This document shows positions 38,342-48,992 of a DNA stretch of 64,000 nucleotides, one piece after another. The DNA lies in NCBI GenBank assembly GCA_963817955.1, contig CAWFQK010000002.1, forward strand, positions 544,001 through 608,000, in the 5' to 3' direction. Each line of letters begins with the position of its first letter. The stretch's first letter is position 1. This DNA is from an uncultured Gemmatimonadaceae bacterium. Its GTDB lineage: Bacteria; Gemmatimonadota; Gemmatimonadetes; Gemmatimonadales; Gemmatimonadaceae. Below the pieces are notes generated by a model. The model saw nothing but the letters and a program-made list of their open reading frames with translations, was not told the origin of the DNA and searched no databases. A program made the position numbers and the translations under genes.

Positions 38342-39226
38342 CTACGCTTTGACGGTTGCCGCCGACGTCAACTTGACCACGATGCTTCCGCCCGCCGGGA
38401 TGCAGCCCTGATAGTTCGCGGTCGCGGCTGCCGTCGCGGCCCCTGCTGCCGCACCAGCAGCGCCGCCGATGACAGTGGCCTTGGTGCTCTTGCCAAAAAT
38501 ACGTCCGGCAATCGCCCCCGCGGCTGCACCAATCGCGACTTTTTGTACATCCTTCGACTGCGGCTGATCCCTGATGCGATCCACCGATGCCGACGTCACG
38601 GTCGCTTCGATTGGATAGGTGTGACCGGCAAAGCTCACCGAGTTCACGGCGAACTCCATGATGACCGGATCGTTCGCGTTTTCACTCCGCTTGAGACGTG
38701 TCACGGTCAGATTCACCGTCGCGCCCGCAGGAATCATTGCGCCGTTCGATCCGGAGACGCTGTTTTCGACCGTTGCCGTCACGTGGTCGCCGACGCTGTT
38801 CGTGTTCGTGCAGATACGCGACCCGGCTTGCGTGGTGAGCGTGGTGCCCGCGGCGATCATGCCGACGGCGCCGCCGCCCGAGCTAGGGGCTGTCGTCACG
38901 ACGTTGCCGCCGGGTGTCGTCGCTGCGCTCGGCGCAGCCGGACGCGGAGCAGGCACAACGGGGCGAGGTGTGCGCCGCGGCTCGGCGCGGGGTTCGGCGC
39001 GCCTCGTCGTGGGTGCTGGACTCACTGGTGCGTTGGGCGGGACGTCCTTGAGCTGTGGCTGCACTGTGGTGTCGCGTCCAGCGAGTGCGAGATCTCGGTT
39101 CAGCGTCGTGTCCGCGCTGAGCGCCGCGCTGTCGGGTCCCTTCTTGGCATCGGACCGGCACGCACCGAGCAGGGTCACGACGACCAAGGCAATCGGCGCT
39201 CCGAAGCGACGGGTATATTTCGACAT
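38342..39226 (-). CDS. Lipoprotein with Pro-rich linker and glycine-zipper-like segment
   Basis: GGAGGA RBS; lipobox LGAC; IGAAAGAIAG/GGAAGAAAG. Confidence 0.75.
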   Translation of the reverse strand: MSKYTRRFGAPIALVVVTLLGACRSDAKKGPDSAALSADTTLNRDLALAGRDTTVQPQLKDVPPNAPVSPAPTTRRAEPRAEPRRTPRPVVPAPRPAAPSAATTPGGNVVTTAPSSGGGAVGMIAAGTTLTTQAGSRICTNTNSVGDHVTATVENSVSGSNGAMIPAGATVNLTVTRLKRSENANDPVIMEFAVNSVSFAGHTYPIEATVTSASVDRIRDQPQSKDVQKVAIGAAAGAIAGRIFGKSTKATVIGGAAGAAAGAATAAATANYQGCIPAGGSIVVKLTSAATVKA

Positions 39227-39254
39227 GGGCATTCCTCCTGGAGTGAGCTAAGAC

Positions 39255-41075
39255 GTGGCAAGGCATGTGCCAAGCTTGAGCTCCCTTCGACGTCTGATCC
39301 CGTATTACCGGCCATACCGCCGGAATGTTGCATTGGGATTGCTGGTCGTGGTCGCCGCGTCAGCGTTCTCGAGCATCGTGCCGTGGTTTCTACGGCGAGC
39401 ACTCGACGAAATTCGTGCGGGGGCTCCACTACAATCTATCTGGTTGCTCGCCGCTGCAATGATCGGTGTGTCCGTGATCGGCGGCGTCGGACGTTTCTGG
39501 ATGCGTCTGCTCTTGAACACCGTGAGCCGCTGGATGGAATACGATCTGCGCAATGATCTATTCGCCCGGCTCGAGGTAGTGGATGCGACGTACTATTCCG
39601 GTATTCGCACCGGAGATCTCATGGCGCGTTTGACGAACGACCTGAGCGCGGTGCGCATGGCCGCAGGACCCGCGATCATGTATCTCATGAACACCATTGC
39701 CGGCGGCGCATTCGCGCTGGCGTTCATGATCAGCATATCACCGCGCCTCACCCTCATTGCCGCGCTGCCGATGGCACTGCTGCCGGTGCTCGGCATCCTC
39801 CTTGGCCGCCGCATTCACATGCGGTTCGAGGACGTGCAGGCGCACTTCAGCGATCTGACGACGCTTGCGCAAGAGAATCTGGCCGGCGTGCGCATCGTGC
39901 GTGCCTTCCGGCAGGAGCAGGCGGAGATTGGACTGTTCGAGAAGCTGAACGAAGGCTATCTCGAAAAGAACATGAAACTCGCGCAGCTCTATGGCATCAT
40001 GCAGCCGGGCTTCTCGATCTTCGCGGGACTCGGCATGGTCGCCGTGCTCTGGGTGGGCGGCGCGTTCGTGGTGCGCGGCACGATCAGCATCGGCAGCTTC
40101 GTCGCGTTCGGCATGTATCTCGGCATGTTGACGTGGCCCCTCATCGCGCTCGGTTGGGTCATCAATCTCTTTCAGCGCGGCGCGGCCTCGATGACGCGCC
40201 TGCTGGCGATTCTCGATGCGCGCTCGCAGTTGGCCCAGCCGTCAACACCCCGCGAGCTGCCGCCCGCGTCAGCCGGACGCTCATTGGAGTTCCGTAACGT
40301 CGGCTTTCACTACCCGACTGAACGCGATGGCGCGCCGCGCTGGGTGCTGCGGAACATCAGTTTCATTGCGCCGGCGGGCGCAACCATTGGAGTGGTCGGC
40401 GCAACGGCGAGCGGCAAGAGCGCGTTGATGGATCTGGTACCTCGATTGTTCGATCCACAGGAGGGCGAGATCTTGCTCGACGGAATACCAATCCGTGACC
40501 TGGATCTGGCAACGCTGCGACGTGAAATCGGATATGTCCCGCAAGAGAGCTTCCTGTTCAGCGACACGATCGGCAGCAACCTGGTGTACGGCACGTCGGA
40601 CGAGGACGCCGGCCAATGGGCGGCCCGCATCGCTCAACTTTCGGAGACCATCGAAAAATTCCCTGGAGGCTACGACACGCTGCTCGGTGAACGGGGGATC
40701 AATTTGTCCGGCGGACAGAAGCAGCGGGCGGCGTTGGCCCGCGCACTGGCCCGCCGACCGAGCATCGTACTGCTCGACGACGCGCTGTCGGCGGTGGACA
40801 CGCACACCGAGGCGGAGATCCTCCGTTCTTTGCACGAGGCGCTGAGCGGGCGGACGGCGCTCATCGCATCGCACCGGGTGAGCGCCATTCGCGACGCGAC
40901 GGGGATCATTGTGCTCGACCACGGGCGCATCGTGGAGCAGGGCCGGCACGCCGACCTCCTGGCGGCGGGTGGGCGGTATTGGGCGCTCCTGAGCCGGCAG
41001 CAGCTCGAGGAGTCGATCGAAGCGGAGAATGGTGAGTTGCCAGAGGCAAATACAGAGGATATCATCAACGCATGA
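39255..41075 (+). CDS. ABC exporter, fused permease/ATPase (MdlA-like)
   Basis: TM domain; [20 protein letters not shown]. Confidence 0.93.
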   Translation: MARHVPSLSSLRRLIPYYRPYRRNVALGLLVVVAASAFSSIVPWFLRRALDEIRAGAPLQSIWLLAAAMIGVSVIGGVGRFWMRLLLNTVSRWMEYDLRNDLFARLEVVDATYYSGIRTGDLMARLTNDLSAVRMAAGPAIMYLMNTIAGGAFALAFMISISPRLTLIAALPMALLPVLGILLGRRIHMRFEDVQAHFSDLTTLAQENLAGVRIVRAFRQEQAEIGLFEKLNEGYLEKNMKLAQLYGIMQPGFSIFAGLGMVAVLWVGGAFVVRGTISIGSFVAFGMYLGMLTWPLIALGWVINLFQRGAASMTRLLAILDARSQLAQPSTPRELPPASAGRSLEFRNVGFHYPTERDGAPRWVLRNISFIAPAGATIGVVGATASGKSALMDLVPRLFDPQEGEILLDGIPIRDLDLATLRREIGYVPQESFLFSDTIGSNLVYGTSDEDAGQWAARIAQLSETIEKFPGGYDTLLGERGINLSGGQKQRAALARALARRPSIVLLDDALSAVDTHTEAEILRSLHEALSGRTALIASHRVSAIRDATGIIVLDHGRIVEQGRHADLLAAGGRYWALLSRQQLEESIEAENGELPEANTEDIINA

Positions 41076-41902
41076 GCCGGGTCGAGAGCATCACTGAACC
41101 GCGGGTTCTGGACGTCAGCACTTCCGACACTCGTGTCGCCGTCCTTCAGGCGCATCTGAACGAGGCAATCGTCGAAATTGCCGAACTGCGAGCGCGCGAC
41201 GCGCTGAAGACGCAGTTTCTGGCCAACATCTCGCACGATCTGCGCACGCCGCTCACTGCGGTGATCACCCATGCCGAGATCCTGCGGGACGGAATTCTCG
41301 GCGACCTGTCACCACGGCAGCTCGACAGCGTGCGCGGCATCATCAGCGGCGGCCGGCAACTGCTCAATCAGGTGGGCGAGATCCTCACCTACGCGCGCGG
41401 TGCGGCAGATCAGCTCACGCTCGTGTCGTCGCGCTTTCCAATTCGCGACGTGCTCGAGCAGGTGAGCGACCTGAACGAGTCCTTGCTCAAAAAGAAACGG
41501 ATCACCTTGTCCGTGGATGCAGCCGGCGCCCCGGCGCTCGTCACGGCGGACCGCGAGAAGATCACCCATGTCGTCGGCAACCTGCTCGGCAATGCCATCG
41601 AGTTTACGCCGGCGGGCGGTACAGTGTGGCTGCGGGCGTCAGTGCCGGAGGATTCGCCCAGCGTGGTGTTGGTTGAGGTGGGCGACTCCGGGGTGGGCAT
41701 CGCGATCGAGCATCACGATCTGATCTTCCGCGAATTCGCCCAGGTAGACTCGACGCCATCGCGCCCGCACCACGGCACCGGGTTGGGCCTGACGATTGCG
41801 CGCAAGCTCGTCGAACTACATGGCGGTCGCATCTGGGTAGAGAGCCAGCTCGGAACGGGCAGCCGCTTCTACTTCACGATTCCCATTGAGCAAGCTGAGT
41901 GA
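41072..41902 (+). CDS. Histidine kinase without a sensor domain
   Basis: [26 protein letters not shown]. Confidence 0.9.
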   Translation: MSRVESITEPRVLDVSTSDTRVAVLQAHLNEAIVEIAELRARDALKTQFLANISHDLRTPLTAVITHAEILRDGILGDLSPRQLDSVRGIISGGRQLLNQVGEILTYARGAADQLTLVSSRFPIRDVLEQVSDLNESLLKKKRITLSVDAAGAPALVTADREKITHVVGNLLGNAIEFTPAGGTVWLRASVPEDSPSVVLVEVGDSGVGIAIEHHDLIFREFAQVDSTPSRPHHGTGLGLTIARKLVELHGGRIWVESQLGTGSRFYFTIPIEQAE

Positions 41903-42275
41903 CACCGCCGCGTCGGTGATTCAATGGCACGTCCTCGTCATTGAGGACAACGAAATCGTGGCGGACGCCATGCGGATTCTTTTTGAGAGCGCCGGCTACC
42001 GCGTCTCCACTACCGGTACGATCGCCGAGTCACTCGGCGTCGTGCGGTCGGACCCAGCGGATCTCGTGCTGCTCGACCTCACCTTGCCCGACGGCGACGG
42101 CCTGACGTTGATAGAGCCGCTGAAAGTTGCGGGGTGCAGGACCGTCGTTGCGCTCACCGGTCACGGTGAACCCGAGATCCGGCGCCGGTGTCTGGATGCG
42201 GGGTGCACCGAGTTATTCGTGAAGCCCGTGCCGGTGAGAGAACTGCTGGCGAAGAGCGCGGGGTGGCTACGATGA
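41886..42275 (+). CDS. Single-domain response regulator
   Basis: [22 protein letters not shown]. Confidence 0.9.
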   Translation: MSKLSDTAASVIQWHVLVIEDNEIVADAMRILFESAGYRVSTTGTIAESLGVVRSDPADLVLLDLTLPDGDGLTLIEPLKVAGCRTVVALTGHGEPEIRRRCLDAGCTELFVKPVPVRELLAKSAGWLR

Positions 42276-42305
42276 GGTGGTTGACACCATGATGCGTCTC
42301 GCGTG

Positions 42306-43043
42306 CTACAGCCAATTCCTCAACCCTGCCGGCGTCCACGCCTGAAGGACATTCGTGATCACCGTCAGATAATCGGTGATCATCAGCACGGCCACGATCA
42401 CCAGAATGGCGCCGGCGAAGCGGTTGATCCAGACCATCTTCGACCGAATGACCTGGAACGCGGTCAGAAAATGTTCGATCGCCACAGCGGCGATCACGAA
42501 GGGCACCGCCAGTCCGAGCGAATAGGCGCCAAGCAGGATGACGCCGCGCGAAAGATCGGCCTGAGTTGCCGCATACGTCAGGATGCTGCCCAGAATGGGG
42601 CCGATGCACGGCGTCCACCCTGCACCGAACGCTACGCCCACGGCAACCGTGCCCAGGTATCCGAGGGGCTTGTTGGTGACGTGGTATCTGCGTTCGCGCC
42701 CGAAAGCCCCTAGGTTGAAGACACCTAGCAGATAGAGGCCGAACGCCAGCACCAGCACGCCGCCCACGCGGCTGATCCATACCCGGTAGGTCACCAGCAA
42801 CCGGCCGAGGAGCGTCGCCGATGCACCCAGGGCGAGGAAGATGAGCGAGAAGCCGAGCACGAAGAGCAACGCGTGCACGAGCGCGACGCGGCGTTCACGC
42901 TGCACGTCGTCGAGCGTCATCCCCGTTATGAACGTGATATAGCTCGGGATGAGCGGAAGCACACAGGGCGACAGGAAACTCGCGAGCCCCGCGCCAAAGG
43001 CGATGGGGATGGCGATGCCTGAAGCAGGAGGCAGAAAGGCCAG
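42306..43043 (-). CDS. ccdA: Cytochrome c biogenesis protein CcdA (start uncertain, probably CTG)
   Basis: AFGAGLASFLSPCVLP and GWTPCIGPIL; frame is open upstream of 42962 but has only CTG/ATC candidate starts. Confidence 0.85.
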   Translation of the reverse strand: MAFLPPASGIAIPIAFGAGLASFLSPCVLPLIPSYITFITGMTLDDVQRERRVALVHALLFVLGFSLIFLALGASATLLGRLLVTYRVWISRVGGVLVLAFGLYLLGVFNLGAFGRERRYHVTNKPLGYLGTVAVGVAFGAGWTPCIGPILGSILTYAATQADLSRGVILLGAYSLGLAVPFVIAAVAIEHFLTAFQVIRSKMVWINRFAGAILVIVAVLMITDYLTVITNVLQAWTPAGLRNWL

Positions 43044-44748
43044 GAGCCGGATCCTCGGTTGGTATTACGCCCTGAAATATCGCGTATTCCGCCGCGAGCG
43101 GCGACCCGCCGACGGAAAACGTGGTCTCGTCATGTTGCAGATCGACGCCCTCCCGTACGCCGAGCTGCGGCGCGCCATCGAATTGGGCTACTGCCCGACC
43201 ATCGAACGGATGGTGCGCGAGGAAGGGTACATCCTGCGCGATTGGTTTTGTGGCCTTCCCGCGGCCACCCCCTACTGCCAGGCAGGCATCTTCCATGGCG
43301 AAAATGAAGGAATCCCCGGCTTTCGGTTCTACGACAAGGCCGAGCGTCGCGTGGTCACCTGCAACTCGCCGGCGGGCGTTCAGTACATCCGCGATCGTAT
43401 CCACACCCCCGGCGCGCTCGCCGGCGGATCGAGCTACGTCAACTTGCTCGACGGCGACGCGCATACTGTCGCGTTGACCGTCGCCACGCGCGAGCGGATG
43501 TCGGTCTTGCAGCGCCTCGGCGGCTGGCGGATGGCATTTCTCATTGGCGTGCATCCCATTCGCGTGGCACGCATGGCGGTGCAGGCGGTGTTGGAGTGGG
43601 TACGCGAGGAATACGAACGAGCAGTCGGCGAGCTCGCGGGCCGGCGCACGCACAGCGAAGGGCTGTTCCCGTTCGTCCGCGTACTCAGCAACGTCATCGT
43701 GCGCGAGCTGCAGACGATGGCGATCTTGCTCGATGTGTACCTGGGCGTGCCGATCATCTACAGCACGTTCATGCAGTACGACGAGCTCGGACACCACTTT
43801 GGTCCATCGAGTTTCCAGGCGCTGCGCGATCTGCGACGCACCGACCGGCGCATTCGTGAAATTCGCCGCATGATGGGGAACGCCGGTGGCCGCGAGTACG
43901 ATCTCGTGCTGCTCTCTGACCATGGCATGACGCCATCGGCGAGCTATCGCGTGCGCTTCGGCGAGACCTTCGGCAAGACGGTCAAGCGCATTCTCGACGG
44001 CGACGCGCGCCGTCGCGGCAACCACCCATTGCACGCGTACGAGAGCTACTCGAATACGTCGGAGTACGCGGTCATGAGCGCGCAGGTCGTGGAGACGGCT
44101 GCACAGGTCGCATCGCCCTCACCCGCCGTACGCCGCATACTCGACCGACTGCGCGATTGGTTGCGCAGTCGCTATGGCCTGCGCGAGCTTTTTCTGCCGG
44201 AGAAGTACCGGGTCGACGAGGAGCACGAGGTGGTCGTGACGTACAGTTCGTGTCTGGCCCTGCTGTACTTTGCCGACGACGACAAACCGCTCGACCTCAC
44301 GGACATCGCGCGCGATCCGCGGCGGGCGGGCTTGTATCTCGAACTGCTCCAGCATCCCGGCGTCGGACTGCTCGCCACCCGCAACGGACCGTCCGTACAC
44401 CTGGAGAGTCCAATCGGGCGCGCGATCATAGTAGACGGACGGCTAGAAGTACTCGACGGGCGCAATCCGCTCGAGCGTTACGAGACGGGTGAGCCGACCG
44501 TTCGCGCGGTGGAGCACCTCGTGTCCCAGCGGAACGCCGGCGACGTCACGATCTTCGGGGCCTATGACGGATACGAGATCGTGTCCTTCGATGATCAAAT
44601 CGGCGCGCACGGGGCTGTGGGTGGCAACCAGCTGCACCCATTCCTCATCGGGCCACCGCATCTCGGGCTCGAGCACGCGCAACTGGAGGATGCGCGCGAT
44701 CTGCATGGGGCAATCTTGATGAAGTATGCCACCGAACGCGGTCCCTGA
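43015..44748 (+). CDS. Alkaline phosphatase superfamily (nucleotide pyrophosphatase/phosphodiesterase-like) protein
   Basis: LQIDAL, AATPYCQAGIFHG, YDELGHHFG, LSDHGM, GAHGAVGG. Confidence 0.85.
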   Translation: MPEAGGRKARSRILGWYYALKYRVFRRERRPADGKRGLVMLQIDALPYAELRRAIELGYCPTIERMVREEGYILRDWFCGLPAATPYCQAGIFHGENEGIPGFRFYDKAERRVVTCNSPAGVQYIRDRIHTPGALAGGSSYVNLLDGDAHTVALTVATRERMSVLQRLGGWRMAFLIGVHPIRVARMAVQAVLEWVREEYERAVGELAGRRTHSEGLFPFVRVLSNVIVRELQTMAILLDVYLGVPIIYSTFMQYDELGHHFGPSSFQALRDLRRTDRRIREIRRMMGNAGGREYDLVLLSDHGMTPSASYRVRFGETFGKTVKRILDGDARRRGNHPLHAYESYSNTSEYAVMSAQVVETAAQVASPSPAVRRILDRLRDWLRSRYGLRELFLPEKYRVDEEHEVVVTYSSCLALLYFADDDKPLDLTDIARDPRRAGLYLELLQHPGVGLLATRNGPSVHLESPIGRAIIVDGRLEVLDGRNPLERYETGEPTVRAVEHLVSQRNAGDVTIFGAYDGYEIVSFDDQIGAHGAVGGNQLHPFLIGPPHLGLEHAQLEDARDLHGAILMKYATERGP

Positions 44749-44755
44749 TGTCGGG

Positions 44756-45166
44756 TCAGGCCTGCGTCTTTGCCGCGAGGAGCGCGCGCACGTTGTCTCC
44801 CTCGAGTCGCGTCACCTCGTCCACGTCGCCCGAGCGGCGCTGTACGCCGCGCACGACCACGTCCACTGTTACCAGCGGCGCGTCGGCCTCGGCAACGATG
44901 TTCGTCTCCCACTTCCCGCGGTCCGGCCCCTTGAGCGTGAGACGGTAGAGCGCGGTATAGACGACGTGCTTCGGCGCATTCGTTTCAGCGCTCGATTCGC
45001 CGGGTAGTTCGCCGGTCGGCCGCGCTTCGGCGATCACCGCGACCCCGCTCTCCACGCCGCCCTGCTTGATCGGCTGGAAGAAGTGAATCTCGGCGATGAA
45101 TTCGGGGGGGATCTTGGCCGCGATCGCGAGCAGAAACCGCTCACGAGTTTCCGTCAACACCGTCAT
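44756..45166 (-). CDS. Hypothetical protein
   Basis: ATGA-coupled to upstream gene; protein-like composition. Confidence 0.7.
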   Translation of the reverse strand: MTVLTETRERFLLAIAAKIPPEFIAEIHFFQPIKQGGVESGVAVIAEARPTGELPGESSAETNAPKHVVYTALYRLTLKGPDRGKWETNIVAEADAPLVTVDVVVRGVQRRSGDVDEVTRLEGDNVRALLAAKTQA

Positions 45167-46347
45167 CGCACCGCGGTTTCTGGACGCACGCGCACTGGTG
45201 CCGTTCTCGCTTCGAGCTCGCGTTCCACGTAGATCCGCAAGATGTGCATGAAATCCTGGGCGTTGGTCACGACGCCGAACGCCTGATGGGTTCCACGGTC
45301 TTTGAGCTTGTTGACGACGAACTCCGAGGAGTCGACGCAAATGGTCGGCAGCTCACGCATGGTGCCGTCTGGCAGCGCCACGAACGCCGGTAGCATATTG
45401 CCTGTGGCAATGGCATGCAGCGCAGTGGCGACCATGATCGCCATTGTCGCCTTGAGCGTATGCTGCCGCATGGCGTCCTGCGCGACGAGCATGTCGGTGA
45501 TGACGTCGGGCAGTGGCCCATCGTCGCGAATCGATCCCGTCAGCACGAAGGGCACGCCGTACGTGACGCACGAGTACATGATGCCGTCGGTGATGACCCC
45601 CTGCTGCACGGCATTCGCGACGGATCCCGCCGCGCGCACGCGATTGATCGCCCGCATGTGGAGGCCGTGGCCGCCCTGGGTGATCTCGCCGGTGTTCGTC
45701 ATGCCAAGCGTCGTTCCGTAGATGGACGCTTCGATATCATGCACCGCGACGGCATTGCCGGCGAGCAACGCACCGACGTACCCGTTGGCAATGAACCAGC
45801 TCATGTCGCTGCGCGCGCGCGAATGCACCAACGCCGGCCCGGTCACCCAGATCGGATATCCGCCGCGATCCTTCTCTTCGATGAGGAGGCGCGCCATCTG
45901 CGCGTAGTCGATCGGCTTTTCGCGGGACACTTCACTCGACATGAACGCGAATGCATCGGGATCACCGCCATGCGGCACGAGATGTGTCTGCACAAAGATG
46001 CCCTGCGTGCCATCTTCCTTGTCGCCGACCGCGACCAGGTCACCCTTCCGGATGCGACGGCCTTCGCGCACCCAGAGCGTTCCGTCTGCGTCGAGCACGA
46101 GACCCGAATCCATTCGCGGCTCGCGCGGCGCACGCCACTCCCCCTTCACACGCGCGAAGGTCGGCAGATTGGTCGTCGAGAAGAACCCTTCCGGAAGCAC
46201 GCCATCAGCCGGTGCCGCTACAAAGCTGGCATCAGGGAAGTTCGGAAAGGGCGCGCGAGTGAAGTCAGGAGGAGGAAATGTCGTCACGCCTGAATTTGGC
46301 ACGGGAGGCGGAATTTTGCGAGGATTGGCCTCCGGGTCGTGTCCCAC
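45163..46347 (-). CDS. TIGR00300 / LOR-SDH-like (ArgZ C-terminal type) ornithine cyclodeaminase family protein
   Basis: DGVLPEGFFSTTN, FAFMSSEVSREK, AGNAVAVHDIE, GSIRDDGPLP, KLKDRG; start may be GTG 46287. Confidence 0.8.
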   Translation of the reverse strand: MGHDPEANPRKIPPPVPNSGVTTFPPPDFTRAPFPNFPDASFVAAPADGVLPEGFFSTTNLPTFARVKGEWRAPREPRMDSGLVLDADGTLWVREGRRIRKGDLVAVGDKEDGTQGIFVQTHLVPHGGDPDAFAFMSSEVSREKPIDYAQMARLLIEEKDRGGYPIWVTGPALVHSRARSDMSWFIANGYVGALLAGNAVAVHDIEASIYGTTLGMTNTGEITQGGHGLHMRAINRVRAAGSVANAVQQGVITDGIMYSCVTYGVPFVLTGSIRDDGPLPDVITDMLVAQDAMRQHTLKATMAIMVATALHAIATGNMLPAFVALPDGTMRELPTICVDSSEFVVNKLKDRGTHQAFGVVTNAQDFMHILRIYVERELEARTAPVRVRPETAVR

Positions 46348-46371
46348 TCCTCATCGATCGTCCACAATCCC

Positions 46372-48633
46372 CTACAACAACGCCACCGGATCCCGGTCCA
46401 TCGTGATCCTCATCTCGGCTTCCTTCGGCACATCGTACCGCTCCAGAAAGTACCGACCCAATCGTGTCAACTCCGTCGCGTGCTCGGCTTTGATGAGCAC
46501 ATGCCACCGCCAGCGATTCTTGATCCGTTCAACGGGGCACGGGGCGGGGCCAACTATCGTGATGCCGGGCATGGGCCGCTTGAGGAGCAGTGCGCGAAGC
46601 CATGCCGTCGCCGCGGCGGCCAACCTCTCCGTCGCGGCCTCAGTGGTGCCGCTGAACACGATGTTCGCCAGCCGTACGGTCGGCGGATATGCTGGTGTCA
46701 CGCGTCCTTCGAGTTCCTGACGAACGAAAGTCGCGTAGTCATGCAGGACGGCACAATGGACCGCATGATGATTGGGCACTCTCGTCTGGATGAGCACCCG
46801 GCCGCCTTTGGGTCCCCGGCCGGCGCGGCCGGCCACTTGGCTGAGGAGCTGGAAGCAACGCTCCGAGGCGCGAAAATCGGGGAAGTTGATGCCAACATCG
46901 GCGTCCACGACGCCGACGAGCGTGACGTTCGGGAAATCGAGTCCCTTGGCAATCATTTGAGTGCCGAGCAGGATGTCCACCTCGCCGCTGGCGACCCGAT
47001 CGAGTATCTCGGCATGCGCCCATTTGCCGCTCGTGGTATCCACGTCCATGCGCGCGATGCACGCCTCGGGGAATCGGTCGGCCAGAAGACGCTCGACCTG
47101 CTGCGTGCCGAGTCCGCGCTGCCGAATGACGAGTCCCTTGCAGCGTGGGCAGGACGTGCGCACCGCCTCGGTGTGAAGACAATAGTGGCAAACGAGGCGC
47201 TCGAGCGTGCGGTGATACGTGAGGCTGATCGAGCAGTTGGGACAGGTGGCAACGTCGCCGCAGTCGCCGCACTGCACGAATGCCGCGTATCCGCGGCGGT
47301 TGAGCAGGAGAATGCTCTGCTCCCTCTTTCGCAGACGATCGGACAGCGCCGACTCGAGCTCCTCGCTGACCACCTGGCGCAGAAAGTCCTCGGCGCTGCC
47401 GTCCGTGGCCTTGCGACGCTCGCCGGCCGGCACGCGCCGGTCGATGACTTCCACCTTCGGCAGCTTCGCCTCGCCAACACGCTCGGGCAGTGTCAGCAAA
47501 TGGTACTTTCCGGTTTGCGCATTGACCCAGCTCTCCAGACTCGGCGTTGCCGAACCCAGGACGACGACGGCGCCCTCGTTGCGCGCGCGAACGATGGCGA
47601 CCTCGCGCGCGTGGTAGCGTGGCGTCTCGCCCTGCTTATAGCTGGATTCGTGCTCCTCGTCGACGACGATCGCGCCGAGGCCGGTGAGCGGCGCGAAGAT
47701 CGCCGACCGTGCGCCGACCGCGATCCGCTTGCGACCCTCCTTGATCGCCAGCCATTCGTCGTACCGCTCGCCGTCGCTCAGCGCGCTGTGGAGTACGGCG
47801 ATCTTGTCGCCGAAGACGGCACGAAATCGGTCCACCGTCTGCGGCGTGAGCGCGATCTCCGGCACGAGGACGATTGCCGTCTTGCCCTGCTCGAGCACCA
47901 CGCGGCGCAGCAGCTCGATGTAGACGAGCGTCTTGCCGCTTCCGGTGATGCCATGTAGAAGAAATACGTCGCCCGGCGCCGCGCTCGTGAGTTGTTGAAT
48001 CGCCTCGCGCTGCGCATCGGACGGCAGGTGGGCCGCCGGCGCCGGCGTCGCGCGCGACGCGAACGGATCACGTGCCACGACCTCCTCGCCGACGGTCATG
48101 AAGCCGCGCGCCACGAGTCCGCGCAGCACCGATGACGAAAAACTCATGCGTTGCGTCAGCAGCTCCACCGGAGCGCGCCCGCCGAGGGATTCGATCAGCT
48201 CGAACAGCGCGCGCTGTTGCGGCGCACGGGCAAACACGCGATCACGGGCGAGCAGCGACGGCAATTCCTGTTGCAGCGTGGCGACACGACGTGTGCGGCG
48301 TGCCGGCTCCGGCGTCGCGCGCGACGAGAGGACGGCGGGGAGCGCGGTGCGGAGCACGATGCCGAGCGGCACGATGTAGTACTCGGCAATCCACCGGCAG
48401 AGCGACAGCATCTCGGGAGCGAGCACCGGCTCGGTGTCAGGAAGTGACACGACCCGCTTGGGAGTGACGCCAGGCGCCGGCTCGTCCACGGCGACGATGA
48501 TCCCCAATTCCTGTCGGCTGCGAAATGGGACAATCGCACGCATACCGGGACGCACGCGCTCCGATTGCGCGCCGTCGACCTCGTACACAAAATTTCGGAA
48601 TAGCGGCAGCGGAAGGGCGACGGTGACGAGCAC
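46372..48633 (-). CDS. priA: Primosomal protein N'
   Basis: GITGSGKT, VPEIALTPQ, DEEH, two Zn-finger CxxC pairs, GTQMIAKGLDF, QVAGRAGR. Confidence 0.97.
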   Translation of the reverse strand: MLVTVALPLPLFRNFVYEVDGAQSERVRPGMRAIVPFRSRQELGIIVAVDEPAPGVTPKRVVSLPDTEPVLAPEMLSLCRWIAEYYIVPLGIVLRTALPAVLSSRATPEPARRTRRVATLQQELPSLLARDRVFARAPQQRALFELIESLGGRAPVELLTQRMSFSSSVLRGLVARGFMTVGEEVVARDPFASRATPAPAAHLPSDAQREAIQQLTSAAPGDVFLLHGITGSGKTLVYIELLRRVVLEQGKTAIVLVPEIALTPQTVDRFRAVFGDKIAVLHSALSDGERYDEWLAIKEGRKRIAVGARSAIFAPLTGLGAIVVDEEHESSYKQGETPRYHAREVAIVRARNEGAVVVLGSATPSLESWVNAQTGKYHLLTLPERVGEAKLPKVEVIDRRVPAGERRKATDGSAEDFLRQVVSEELESALSDRLRKREQSILLLNRRGYAAFVQCGDCGDVATCPNCSISLTYHRTLERLVCHYCLHTEAVRTSCPRCKGLVIRQRGLGTQQVERLLADRFPEACIARMDVDTTSGKWAHAEILDRVASGEVDILLGTQMIAKGLDFPNVTLVGVVDADVGINFPDFRASERCFQLLSQVAGRAGRGPKGGRVLIQTRVPNHHAVHCAVLHDYATFVRQELEGRVTPAYPPTVRLANIVFSGTTEAATERLAAAATAWLRALLLKRPMPGITIVGPAPCPVERIKNRWRWHVLIKAEHATELTRLGRYFLERYDVPKEAEMRITMDRDPVALL

Positions 48634-48657
48634 GCCCGTAAGCTAGTGACCTGCACG

Positions 48658-48934
48658 TAGGTCATGTGAGGCTGAGTCGGATTGGGCTCCGGGGCATTGA
48701 CCGGCTGGATGTCGCTGGCGACTCCGTAGCAGCCGGCCTGCCGGCGCAGCGATCGCGAGGCGGGGGTTGGACTCCCGGCTCAATTCTGGCTGGATGTCGC
48801 TGGCTGCTCCGTAGCGGTCGGCCCACCGGTCGGCGAGGTTCGAGTTGCCAGTTGTGAGTTGTGCGTTGTGAGTTTCTCGTGTCTCGTGTCTCGTGTCTCG
48901 TGTCTCGTGTCTCGTGTTCCGTGTCCCGTGTCCC
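48658..48934. repeat. Composite dispersed repeat, copy B (tandemly duplicated core + heptamer arrays)
   Basis: Two core units (about 48707 and 48792) followed by NNGTTGY and (TCGTGTC)n heptamers. Confidence 0.9.
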
Positions 48935-48992
48935 TTTCGGGTCGATGTTGATGAAGTTCCACCGGCGTCCTGTGCCAACTCATTCTGAGCCA

